Positions 27,600 to 35,394 of a stretch of DNA of 35,394 nt are shown here, in pieces. The first letter of the stretch is position 1. Each line of letters begins with the position of its first letter. The notes under the pieces are model-generated. The model had not been told where the DNA came from and ran no database searches. It was given only the letters and a program-made list of their open reading frames with translations. The stretch lies in sequence record SRR22947727_1447; one strand, written 5' to 3'. The position numbers were made by a program, and so were the translations under genes.

Positions 27600-28629
27600 A
27601 CCTATAAACACAAAAAGAAAAATTCGTTATCTCCTATTGGGAGTGCTTTTCTTGATGGCTTTTTTAATTAATATTTCTTTTGGCTCTGTAGAAATTTCCA
27701 TAAAAACAATACTTGAAAGTGTTTTTGGACCTACCACTCATAACAATCCATTAGATTATATCATACATCAATACAGAATCCCAAAAGCCATTACGGCTGT
27801 TGTTGTGGGCGCTGGACTTTCTATCAGTGGTTTACTCATGCAGACCTTATTTAAAAACCCATTGGCTGGACCATATGTACTGGGTATTAGTTCAGGGGCA
27901 AGCTTGGGAGCCGCACTGTACATTATGGGTGCTGCTGCGCTGGGTGCTTTTTTACCGCAATGGCTCATAGGCAACTGGTCTACGACCATAGCTGCTAGTA
28001 TAGGAAGTTTTTCTGTTTTATTTATAGTGGCTACGGTAGCTACAAGAATAAAAAACACCATGGCCCTGCTCATTATTGGGCTTATGTTTGGCAGTTTAAG
28101 TAGTGCATTAGTAAGTATTTTAGCTTTTTTTAGTTCTAAAGAATCCCTTCAGAAGTTTGTCTTTTGGACCTATGGAAATCTAGGAAACTTAAGCTTTACA
28201 GATATTGGTATACTTGGATTATTTGTCAGTATTGGAAGCTTAGTTAGTATACTAAATACAAATGTTTTAAATGCCATGCTATTAGGAAATGACTATGCCA
28301 TAAGTCTAGGAATTTCACTTAAAAAAACCAGTTTAACCATCCTTATTGCAACAGGTCTTATTGCAGGAAGTATTACCGCATTTGTTGGTCCAATAGCTTT
28401 TCTGGGTTTGGCTGTTCCCCACATTTGTAGGTTGGTGTGGAACACCAGTAACCATAGAATTTTAATTCCTACTAGTTTGCTCATGGGAGCTATATTTATG
28501 CTTATTTCGGACAGCATTGCCCAACTACCAGGGAGCGCAAACGTATTGCCTATCAATGCCATTACTGCCTTATTTGGATCTCCCATCGTGATATGGCTTT
28601 TAGTTAGAAAAAAACAAATTCAATTGTAA
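27592..28629 (+). CDS. btuC: FecCD/BtuC family ABC permease
   Basis: RIPKA…GLLMQTLFKNPLAGPYVLGISSGA, GPIAFLGLAVPH, LPINAITALFGSP. Confidence 0.85.
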   Translation: MTRPINTKRKIRYLLLGVLFLMAFLINISFGSVEISIKTILESVFGPTTHNNPLDYIIHQYRIPKAITAVVVGAGLSISGLLMQTLFKNPLAGPYVLGISSGASLGAALYIMGAAALGAFLPQWLIGNWSTTIAASIGSFSVLFIVATVATRIKNTMALLIIGLMFGSLSSALVSILAFFSSKESLQKFVFWTYGNLGNLSFTDIGILGLFVSIGSLVSILNTNVLNAMLLGNDYAISLGISLKKTSLTILIATGLIAGSITAFVGPIAFLGLAVPHICRLVWNTSNHRILIPTSLLMGAIFMLISDSIAQLPGSANVLPINAITALFGSPIVIWLLVRKKQIQL

Positions 28630-29414
28630 TGGCTTTAGAATTTAAAGATTTAATAATTGGCTATAAAAACAGCCATAAATCGCAACAGATTGCCGGGCCA
28701 TTTGATTTAAAAATTCCGGAGAAAAAACTCACCGCTGTCATTGGAAAAAATGGGGCAGGTAAAACTACCTTAATAAAAACTATTGGGCAGCAGTTGAAAT
28801 CCCTAAATGGAGCTGTTTTACTTGACGGCCAATCAATTGAAAAAATACCCAATGACCAAAGGGCTCGTTTAGTCAGTTTCGTTTTTACTACAACGCTTTC
28901 AAGTGAAAATATGTCGGTATATGAATTGGTGGCCCTTGGCCGATACCCTTTTTTAAACTGGTACTCAAAACCCAGTAAAAAAGATGCTGAGTGTATTCAA
29001 GAAGCCATTGTTTTTACCGCACTAGAGGGGCTAGAGAATACTAAAATTCACGCCCTATCCGACGGACAAAAGCAAAGGGCTTTTATTGCCAGAGCACTGG
29101 CGCAAGAAACCCCTTATATGATCTTAGATGAACCTATGTCTCATTTAGACCACCACCACAAAGCACAGTTGTTATCACTGATGAAAAAACTAGTGAATGA
29201 AAAAGACAAAACCATTGTCTACACCACCCATGACATAGAAAAAGCCATTACCAATGCAGATTTTATCCTAGCACTAACAGAAGACAAATCTTTTTTTAAT
29301 ACCCCTGATAACCTAATTAAAGAAGGTGTTTTTGATATTTTATTTCCACAAGAACAAGTGTATTTTAACCCCGCTACAAGCCAGTTTTTATACCGCGATC
29401 CAAAGTCAAAATAG
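28629..29414 (+). CDS. btuD: ABC transporter ATP-binding protein (BtuD/FecE-like)
   Basis: Walker A GKNGAGKT, signature LSDGQKQR, Walker B ILDEP, H-loop TTHD. Confidence 0.85.
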   Translation: MALEFKDLIIGYKNSHKSQQIAGPFDLKIPEKKLTAVIGKNGAGKTTLIKTIGQQLKSLNGAVLLDGQSIEKIPNDQRARLVSFVFTTTLSSENMSVYELVALGRYPFLNWYSKPSKKDAECIQEAIVFTALEGLENTKIHALSDGQKQRAFIARALAQETPYMILDEPMSHLDHHHKAQLLSLMKKLVNEKDKTIVYTTHDIEKAITNADFILALTEDKSFFNTPDNLIKEGVFDILFPQEQVYFNPATSQFLYRDPKSK

Positions 29415-29439
29415 CACCTTTATAGAAAACTAAGTCACT

Positions 29440-30768
29440 ATGGATTTACTCCCTACCCTTTTATCTATGCTATTTTTAGCCATCGGTTTTTTCCTTGGTG
29501 GCTATGTGAAGAACTTAAAGTCAAAGGCTTTACATGGAGACAGCAATGAGAAAATTGCAGGATTAGCCGCCAGATTAGCGCAAAGTGAAACACTGCTAAA
29601 AAAAACAGAAGAAGTCAAACAAATCCTACAATCTGAAAAAGAAATATTGGGTAATGATCAGGCTAGAATGCAGGCTAACCTTAGGCATTTAGAAGAAAAA
29701 AATAACGAACAAAAAGAGGAGGTCTCTAAGCTTCAAGAAAAATTCACCAAAGAGTTTGAAAATCTTGCCAATAAAATATTAGACGAAAAGAGTCAAAAAT
29801 TTACCCATCAAAACAAAGAAAACATTACTAATATACTCCTACCCCTTCAAGAGAAAATTCAACTATTTGAGAAAAAAATAACAGATTCACAGAAAGAAAA
29901 TATTCACATTCACGCTGCACTAAAAGAGCAGCTCATTACCCTTCAATCACAAAACTTAAAGATTACCCAGGAAGCAGAGAACTTAACAAAAGCATTAAAA
30001 GGAGATTCAAAAATGCAAGGAAACTGGGGTGAATTGGTTTTAGAAAGGGTTTTGGAGAAATCTGGCTTAGAGAAAGATAGGGAATATTTTGTCCAGCAAA
30101 GTTTTGAAACAGAACAGGGCAATAGGCTTATGCCAGATGTAGTGATTGCGCTGCCAGATGGCAATAAGATGATTGTAGATTCTAAGGTTTCACTGACCCA
30201 CTATGAAAGGTACGTGAATGCAGAAAATGACCAAGATGCTGCCATCCAATTAAAAGAACACCTCAATTCACTAAAAAGACATATTGACCAATTATCTGCC
30301 AAAAAGTATGAAGACCTATACCAAATAGAAAGTCCAGATTTTGTGCTGCTTTTTGTTCCCATTGAACCTGCTTTTGCAGTAGCTATTAATGAGGATCCAA
30401 GCATTTATACCAAGGCTTTTGAACAGAATATTGTGATTGTAACCCCAAGTACTTTATTGGCAACACTGAGGACTATAGTAACCATGTGGACCAATGAAAA
30501 GCAGCAGAAAAACGCACTAGAGATTGCGAGACAAGCCGGTGCGCTTTATGACAAATTTGAAGGTTTTTCTCAAGACCTCATTCAATTAGGTAAAAAAATG
30601 GATGAGTCCAAAGTGGCTTATTCAGCAGCGATGAATAAATTGGTTGAGGGCAAAGGAAACCTGATTACTAGTGTAGAGAAACTCAAAAAAATGGGTGCTA
30701 AGGCAAAGAAATCACTTCCTGAAGCACTGCTAAAAAGGAGTGACTCTGAAAATTTACTAAAAGAATAA
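29440..30768 (+). CDS. rmuC: DNA recombination protein RmuC
   Basis: N-terminal TM plus coiled coil; QGNWGELVL, PDVVI.LP…VDSKVSL, DFVLLFVPIEPAF, TPSTLLA.L. Confidence 0.95.
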   Translation: MDLLPTLLSMLFLAIGFFLGGYVKNLKSKALHGDSNEKIAGLAARLAQSETLLKKTEEVKQILQSEKEILGNDQARMQANLRHLEEKNNEQKEEVSKLQEKFTKEFENLANKILDEKSQKFTHQNKENITNILLPLQEKIQLFEKKITDSQKENIHIHAALKEQLITLQSQNLKITQEAENLTKALKGDSKMQGNWGELVLERVLEKSGLEKDREYFVQQSFETEQGNRLMPDVVIALPDGNKMIVDSKVSLTHYERYVNAENDQDAAIQLKEHLNSLKRHIDQLSAKKYEDLYQIESPDFVLLFVPIEPAFAVAINEDPSIYTKAFEQNIVIVTPSTLLATLRTIVTMWTNEKQQKNALEIARQAGALYDKFEGFSQDLIQLGKKMDESKVAYSAAMNKLVEGKGNLITSVEKLKKMGAKAKKSLPEALLKRSDSENLLKE

Positions 30769-30774
30769 GTTCAT

Positions 30775-30803
30775 AAAAAAGGCGGCCAATGGCCGCCTTT
30801 TTT
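30775..30803. terminator. Bidirectional terminator between rmuC and carB
   Basis: A6-GGCGGCC-AAT-GGCCGCC-T6. Confidence 0.92.
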
Positions 30804-30822
30804 ATGAAATACTGCAAGTATA

Positions 30823-33675
30823 TTATTTACTTAAATACATCTTTCTTCGGTGGTACAAGTCATAGAAAGCGTCGTCTTTAAGACTGTCAATAAACAAAAT
30901 ACTCTCACCTGTACTCTTCATTTCAGGACCTAAGTTTTTATTGACATTTGGAAACTTATCAAAGGAGAATACAGGTTGCTTAATAGCGTATCCTTTTAAT
31001 TTAGGATTGAAGTTGAAATCTTTTACTTTATTATGTCCTAACATTACTTTAGTGGCGTAATTCACATATGGCTCTTTATATGCTTTAGCTATAAAAGGGA
31101 CTGTTCTAGAGGCCCTAGGATTTGCTTCAATAATATAAACAATGTCATCTTTTACAGCGAACTGAATATTGATTAGACCAACTGTATTAAGCGCTAAAGC
31201 AATCTTCTTTGTGTGGTCTTTGATCTGTTGCATCACAAACTCTCCAAGGTTAAAAGGAGGTAGCGTCGCATTTGAATCTCCAGAGTGAATTCCACAGGGT
31301 TCAATGTGCTCCATAATTCCAATGATGTAAACGTCTTCTCCGTCACAAATGGCATCGGCTTCAGCTTCAATAGCGCCATCTAAGTAATGGTCTAACAACA
31401 ACTTATTATTAGGGATCTTACGCAATAAATCCACAACATGCTCTTCTAGTTCGTTTTTATTAATCACGATCTTCATTCCTTGACCGCCCAATACATAAGA
31501 AGGTCTTACTAGTAATGGGAAATTGAGGTGGTCAGATAATGCCAAAGCCTCATCTGCAGTTTCGGCAACGCCAAATTCTGGAAAAGGAATGTTATTTTCT
31601 TTGAGAAGATTAGAGAAACTTCCCCTATCTTCTGCTAAATCTAGTGACTTAAAACTGGTACCTAAAATTTTAATTCCGTGCTTCTCTAATTTTTCTGCTA
31701 GTTTAAGTGCTGTTTGCCCACCCAACTGAACAATTACACCTTCAGGGTTTTCATGCCTAATAATGTCGTAGATATGTTCCCAAAATACTGGCTCAAAATA
31801 CAATTTATCTGCCGTGTCAAAATCAGTGGACACTGTTTCAGGGTTACAGTTAATCATAATGGTCTCATAGCCACATTCTGCCGCGGCTAATACCCCGTGA
31901 ACACAACAGTAATCGAATTCTATTCCTTGGCCTATTCTGTTTGGACCAGATCCTAAAACAACCACTTTCTTACGATCTGTTACTATGGAATCATTGGCTA
32001 CAAAACGCTTTCCTTCTGGTGTTTCCTGCTCTGCTTCAAAAGTGGAGTAATAATATGGGGTCATGGCTTTAAACTCGGCAGCACATGTGTCTACCAATTT
32101 ATACACCCTGTTAATGTTCATTTCTGACCTCTTCTGGTAAATCTGACTCTCCAAACAAGAAACCATGTGGGCTATTTGCCTGTCTGCAAAACCTTTTTGC
32201 TTGGCTTCTAACAACAAATCCTTTGGTAAGGTATCTAAAGTAAAGGTACTTATCTCTTTTTCAAGCATATACAACTCCTCGTATTGCTTTAAGAACCACA
32301 TGTCTATTCTAGTAATTTCGTGAATCCTAGAAAGGGGAATGCCCATTTGAATGGCGTCGTAGATAACAAATACCCTATCCCAACTCGCTATGGTTAATTT
32401 GCTTATAATCTGCTCGTAGTTGGTGTATCCTTTTCCGTCTGCGCCTAGACCATTTCGCTTGATTTCTAAAGATTGTGTGGCTTTGTGAAGGGCTTCTTGA
32501 AAAGACCTACCAATACCCATAACCTCTCCTACAGATTTCATCTGAAGTCCCAAAGTCCTGTCTGAACCTTCAAATTTGTCAAAATTCCATCTTGGAATTT
32601 TCACAATAACATAATCTAAAGTAGGCTCAAATAAGGCAGAAGTGGATTGGGTGATTTGGTTACTCAACTCATCTAAGTTATAACCAATAGCGAGTTTAGA
32701 GGCAATCTTTGCAATAGGATAACCGGTTGCTTTAGAGGCTAACGCAGAAGACCTGGACACCCTTGGGTTAATTTCAATGGCAATAATGTCCTCCTTTTCG
32801 TCTGGAGAAACAGCAAACTGTACGTTACAGCCTCCTGCAAAATCTCCAATACTGCGCATCATTTTAATAGCCATATCCCTCATGCGCTGGAAAGTCTTGT
32901 CTGACAATGTCATTGCAGGAGCTACAGTGATGGAGTCTCCTGTATGAATTCCCATTGGATCCATATTTTCAATGGTACAAATAATGACCACGTTGTCATT
33001 CTTATCCCTAAGCAATTCCAACTCGTATTCTTTCCAGCCCATTACGGCTTTGTCTATCATCACCTCATGAATGGGAGAAATTTCCAAGCCCCTACTTAAT
33101 AATTCGTCAAAATCTTTTGGGTCGTGAACAATAGCAGCTCCTGCACCTCCCAAGGTGTAGGATGCTCTAATCACTAAAGGAAAGCCAAACTCTTGCGCGA
33201 TTTCTTTACCTTTTAAAAATGAGGTAGCGGTAGCTTGAGGGGCCATCCCTATACCTATTTTACCCATCAGGTTTCTAAATTGCTCCCTGTCTTCCGTAAT
33301 ATTAATCGCAGCTATGTCTACTCCTATTAATTCTACTTTGTGGTCTTCCCAAATGCCCTTTTCGTCACACTCAATACAGAGGTTTAAGGCAGTTTGCCCT
33401 CCCATGGTAGGCAACACAGCATCTATATTGGGGTGTGCTTCTAATATCTCTACTATAGATTTTGACGTCAATGGTTTTAAATACACGTGGTCTGCCATAG
33501 ATGGGTCTGTCATGATCGTAGCTGGATTGCTGTTAATCAGAACGGTTTCTATACCGTCTTCTCTAAGAGACCTGAGGGATTGAGAACCTGCATAATCGAA
33601 TTCACAAGCTTGTCCGATCACAATAGGTCCTGATCCAATAATTAAAATACATTTCAGTTCATCTCTTTTTGGCAT
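30823..33675 (-). CDS. carB: Carbamoyl-phosphate synthase large subunit (no C-terminal MGS/allosteric domain)
   Basis: GSGPIVIGQACEFDY, two ATP-grasp halves, GSGPNRIGQGIEFDY. Ends about 26 aa after GPEMKSTGE. Confidence 0.97.
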   Translation of the reverse strand: MPKRDELKCILIIGSGPIVIGQACEFDYAGSQSLRSLREDGIETVLINSNPATIMTDPSMADHVYLKPLTSKSIVEILEAHPNIDAVLPTMGGQTALNLCIECDEKGIWEDHKVELIGVDIAAINITEDREQFRNLMGKIGIGMAPQATATSFLKGKEIAQEFGFPLVIRASYTLGGAGAAIVHDPKDFDELLSRGLEISPIHEVMIDKAVMGWKEYELELLRDKNDNVVIICTIENMDPMGIHTGDSITVAPAMTLSDKTFQRMRDMAIKMMRSIGDFAGGCNVQFAVSPDEKEDIIAIEINPRVSRSSALASKATGYPIAKIASKLAIGYNLDELSNQITQSTSALFEPTLDYVIVKIPRWNFDKFEGSDRTLGLQMKSVGEVMGIGRSFQEALHKATQSLEIKRNGLGADGKGYTNYEQIISKLTIASWDRVFVIYDAIQMGIPLSRIHEITRIDMWFLKQYEELYMLEKEISTFTLDTLPKDLLLEAKQKGFADRQIAHMVSCLESQIYQKRSEMNINRVYKLVDTCAAEFKAMTPYYYSTFEAEQETPEGKRFVANDSIVTDRKKVVVLGSGPNRIGQGIEFDYCCVHGVLAAAECGYETIMINCNPETVSTDFDTADKLYFEPVFWEHIYDIIRHENPEGVIVQLGGQTALKLAEKLEKHGIKILGTSFKSLDLAEDRGSFSNLLKENNIPFPEFGVAETADEALALSDHLNFPLLVRPSYVLGGQGMKIVINKNELEEHVVDLLRKIPNNKLLLDHYLDGAIEAEADAICDGEDVYIIGIMEHIEPCGIHSGDSNATLPPFNLGEFVMQQIKDHTKKIALALNTVGLINIQFAVKDDIVYIIEANPRASRTVPFIAKAYKEPYVNYATKVMLGHNKVKDFNFNPKLKGYAIKQPVFSFDKFPNVNKNLGPEMKSTGESILFIDSLKDDAFYDLYHRRKMYLSK

Positions 33676-33717
33676 AGTGTGTTTTTTTGGTATTCGTGTA
33701 TTTCTTAAAAAAAAATC

Positions 33718-33753
33718 AAAAAAAAAGGTGTTACTTAATAAAAAGTAACACCT
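33718..33753 (-). terminator. Intrinsic terminator between rpmH and carB
   Basis: 11-bp stem AGGTGTTACTT/AAGTAACACCT followed by U9 on the minus strand, then a second U9 run. Confidence 0.85.
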
Positions 33754-33775
33754 GTATATTTTGAAAAATCAATCA

Positions 33776-33934
33776 TTATTTCTTGTGTCTCAATTCTGAA
33801 GATACAGATAGTTTTTTTCTTCCTTTTGCTCTTCTTCTAGCAAGGACTTTTCTACCGTTAGCAGAAGCCATACGTTCTCTAAAACCGTGTTTGTTCTTTC
33901 TTTTCCTTTTTGATGGCTGATATGTTCTTTTCAT
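33776..33934 (-). CDS. rpmH: 50S ribosomal protein bL34 (absent from the ORF track)
   Basis: Hand translation: [52 protein letters not shown] (52 aa). Confidence 0.98.
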   Translation of the reverse strand: MKRTYQPSKRKRKNKHGFRERMASANGRKVLARRRAKGRKKLSVSSELRHKK

Positions 33935-33999
33935 CGAGCGTGTTTTAAACGGATTACTTATATTAAAAGCTTTGTTAAACTGTTCCCAAAAGCTGGGCG

Positions 34000-34007
34000 C
34001 AAATATA
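34000..34007 (-). promoter_or_regulatory. -7 element TATATTTG for rpmH
   Basis: TAnnTTTG match 65 nt upstream of the ATG. Confidence 0.7.
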
Positions 34008-34063
34008 CAAAGACTTTTTGCTTTAGCAAGCCTATTTTAAAAAATATTTTGGATGTTTTTTTG

Positions 34064-34071
34064 TAGGTTTG
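34064..34071 (+). promoter_or_regulatory. -7 element TAGGTTTG for the 34158 gene
   Basis: TAnnTTTG match, divergent from the rpmH promoter. Confidence 0.55.
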
Positions 34072-34157
34072 CAACAGAAAACTATCCAGCCATTTAAAGA
34101 GGTATAAATACCCTGGTGTCGTTTATAAAACTATCAAATAATTATATAAAATACAAC

Positions 34158-34673
34158 ATGTTTCATAAAATTTTCAAACTGATTATTGCCGCAGCTATTA
34201 ATGCATACGCTATTTACCAATTTGTAGAGGGTAATATTGGCAATGGTATTAGCTTGGTATTACTTTCTTCCGTATTCATATTCCTTTACTACAGAAACGA
34301 AATGATTCTTTTGGCTTTCTTAAAAATGAGAAAACAAGATTTGGACGGAACAGCCAATTGGTTGGCTAAGATCAAAAACCCTGAAGCTGCACTAACAAAA
34401 AAGCAACAGGGATACTATAACTATTTGCACGGAATTATTCACTCTCAAACCAATCTATCTCAAGCAGAGAAGTTCTTCAAAAAAGCGTTAAAATTGGGAC
34501 TAACTATGGATTACGACGTGGCCATGGCTAAATTGAGTTTGGCTGGCATTGCCATGCAGAAAAGAAGAAAAAGAGAAGCCACTACTTTATTGCAAGAAGC
34601 CAAAAAGTTAGACAAACAAAACATGCTGGCGGAACAAATTAAAATGATGTCCCAGCAGCTAAAGAAAATATAA
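34158..34673 (+). CDS. Conserved membrane protein, two N-terminal TM helices plus TPR-like C-terminus
   Basis: ATG 34158 (MFHKIFK…); YYNYLHG…AEKFFKKAL and A..LLQEAKKLD helical repeats. Confidence 0.75.
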   Translation: MFHKIFKLIIAAAINAYAIYQFVEGNIGNGISLVLLSSVFIFLYYRNEMILLAFLKMRKQDLDGTANWLAKIKNPEAALTKKQQGYYNYLHGIIHSQTNLSQAEKFFKKALKLGLTMDYDVAMAKLSLAGIAMQKRRKREATTLLQEAKKLDKQNMLAEQIKMMSQQLKKI

Positions 34674-34731
34674 GGCTTTACGGTTAGTCATACAGCAGTA
34701 TTTGGGCTAATAATCACAAATGTTACTATTA

Positions 34732-34762
34732 AATAAAAGAGGCGTTAACCTAATAAACGCCT
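34732..34762 (-). terminator. Probable terminator of the lytic transglycosylase gene
   Basis: AGGCGTT/AACGCCT 7-bp stem followed by CTTTTATTT on the minus strand. Confidence 0.55.
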
Positions 34763-34800
34763 TGGAACAAGAAAAACTTCAAACAGCTTGTTTGGTCTGT

Positions 34801-35394
34801 TTATAATGGAATTTCTATTTGGTACTTTTTTCTTGACCTATTGTTCAGGTGTCCCTGCCTTAGCCATGAATTGTGGCGCTTTAATATTTTATAACTTATA
34901 CCGTGGGAACGAGCAAAATCACTTAAATTTTTAAGTGGCTTGTCAATCTCTATTTGCTTTGTTGGTGTCAGTTTATAATAATCAATGTCATTTAGCACAA
35001 ACCCATAAGAGATGGGATCGTTCATAATTGTTTTTAAAGCAAGGATTCTAAAAACATATCGGCCAGTTTCCTGGCCCAGTAATAAATCGTAATAATTGGT
35101 TGCTTGTTGCTTTTCCAATTGCCTAGAAATACCTCTGTTTCCAGCATTATAGGCCGCTGCTGCTAATGTCCAAGATCCAAATTTCTCTTTGGCTTTTAAG
35201 ATGTATTTGCAAGCCACCTCAGTGGCTTTCTCCACATGGTACCTTTCATCTACATTGTTATTGACTTCTAATGAATAATCCTTTGCTGTTCCTTTCATAA
35301 GCTGCCAAAAACCAGCAGCTCCAGCTGGAGAACGTAAGGGCTCTAGACCGCTTTCTGCTACAGCCAAGTATAAAAAATCTTCTGGAATGCCATA
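34801..35394 (-). CDS. Lytic transglycosylase (SLT/MltD-like), 5' end truncated by the window edge
   Basis: Frame is open to 35394: YGIPEDFLYLAVAES (catalytic Glu), GAAGFWQLM, AAAAYNAG, ET.RYV. Confidence 0.9.
   Translation of the reverse strand, partial: YGIPEDFLYLAVAESGLEPLRSPAGAAGFWQLMKGTAKDYSLEVNNNVDERYHVEKATEVACKYILKAKEKFGSWTLAAAAYNAGNRGISRQLEKQQATNYYDLLLGQETGRYVFRILALKTIMNDPISYGFVLNDIDYYKLTPTKQIEIDKPLKNLSDFARSHGISYKILKRHNSWLRQGHLNNRSRKKYQIEIPL

Noticed and set aside
29440..30768. RmuC as a defence nuclease or island marker
   Set aside because: Widespread core gene with no methylase, integrase or compositional shift nearby.
3832..33583. Short opposite-strand or alternate-frame ORFs in the track (e.g. 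3832, 4162, 6530, 6672, 7275, 9161, 11250, 14643, 14810, 14937, 15622, 16043, 16360, 16882, 18481, 19889, 21189, 22588, 24759, 24781, 27147, 27768, 28293, 28661, 29943, 30201, 31523, 33314)
   Set aside because: They lie inside well-supported genes, show antisense-shadow composition, and have no recognisable motifs.
1..35394. tRNA, rRNA, IS, integrase or prophage
   Set aside because: Intergenic gaps are short, and I saw no cloverleaf/T-loop signature, transposase or phage-like ORF.

Overview
AT-rich, gene-dense core-genome segment of a Bacteroidota bacterium, most likely Flavobacteriaceae. The evidence is TAnnTTTG (-7) promoters, no obvious Shine-Dalgarno sites, rpsF-rpsR-rplI without ssb/priB, a SerB-SerA fusion and a 950-aa CarB. 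Content is mostly housekeeping: hisS, rplI/rpsR/rpsF, priA, rlmH, serA, rdgB, a DEAD-box helicase, purB, rmuC, carB and rpmH (missed by the ORF track). It also holds a cobalamin-riboswitch/btuB locus with divergent btuFCD, an ECF sigma/anti-sigma/2xDUF4252 module, a GH13 lipoprotein and an S41 peptidase. I saw no mobile element, prophage, CRISPR array, tRNA or rRNA, and no clearly new multi-gene system. The best leads are regulatory: (1) a LytTR regulator cut by an in-frame TAG just before its conserved IPVSR motif, with 22-bp-spaced upstream repeats and a degenerate downstream tandem repeat; (2) a DEAD-box helicase leader with two mutually exclusive folds; (3) carB lacking its allosteric domain and sitting, apparently promoterless, behind the rpmH terminator (possible attenuation); (4) an ECF-type promoter for the DUF4252 module; (5) a probably leaderless gene whose promoter overlaps the rplI terminator. 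All family calls come from motif recognition by eye; no database search was run.
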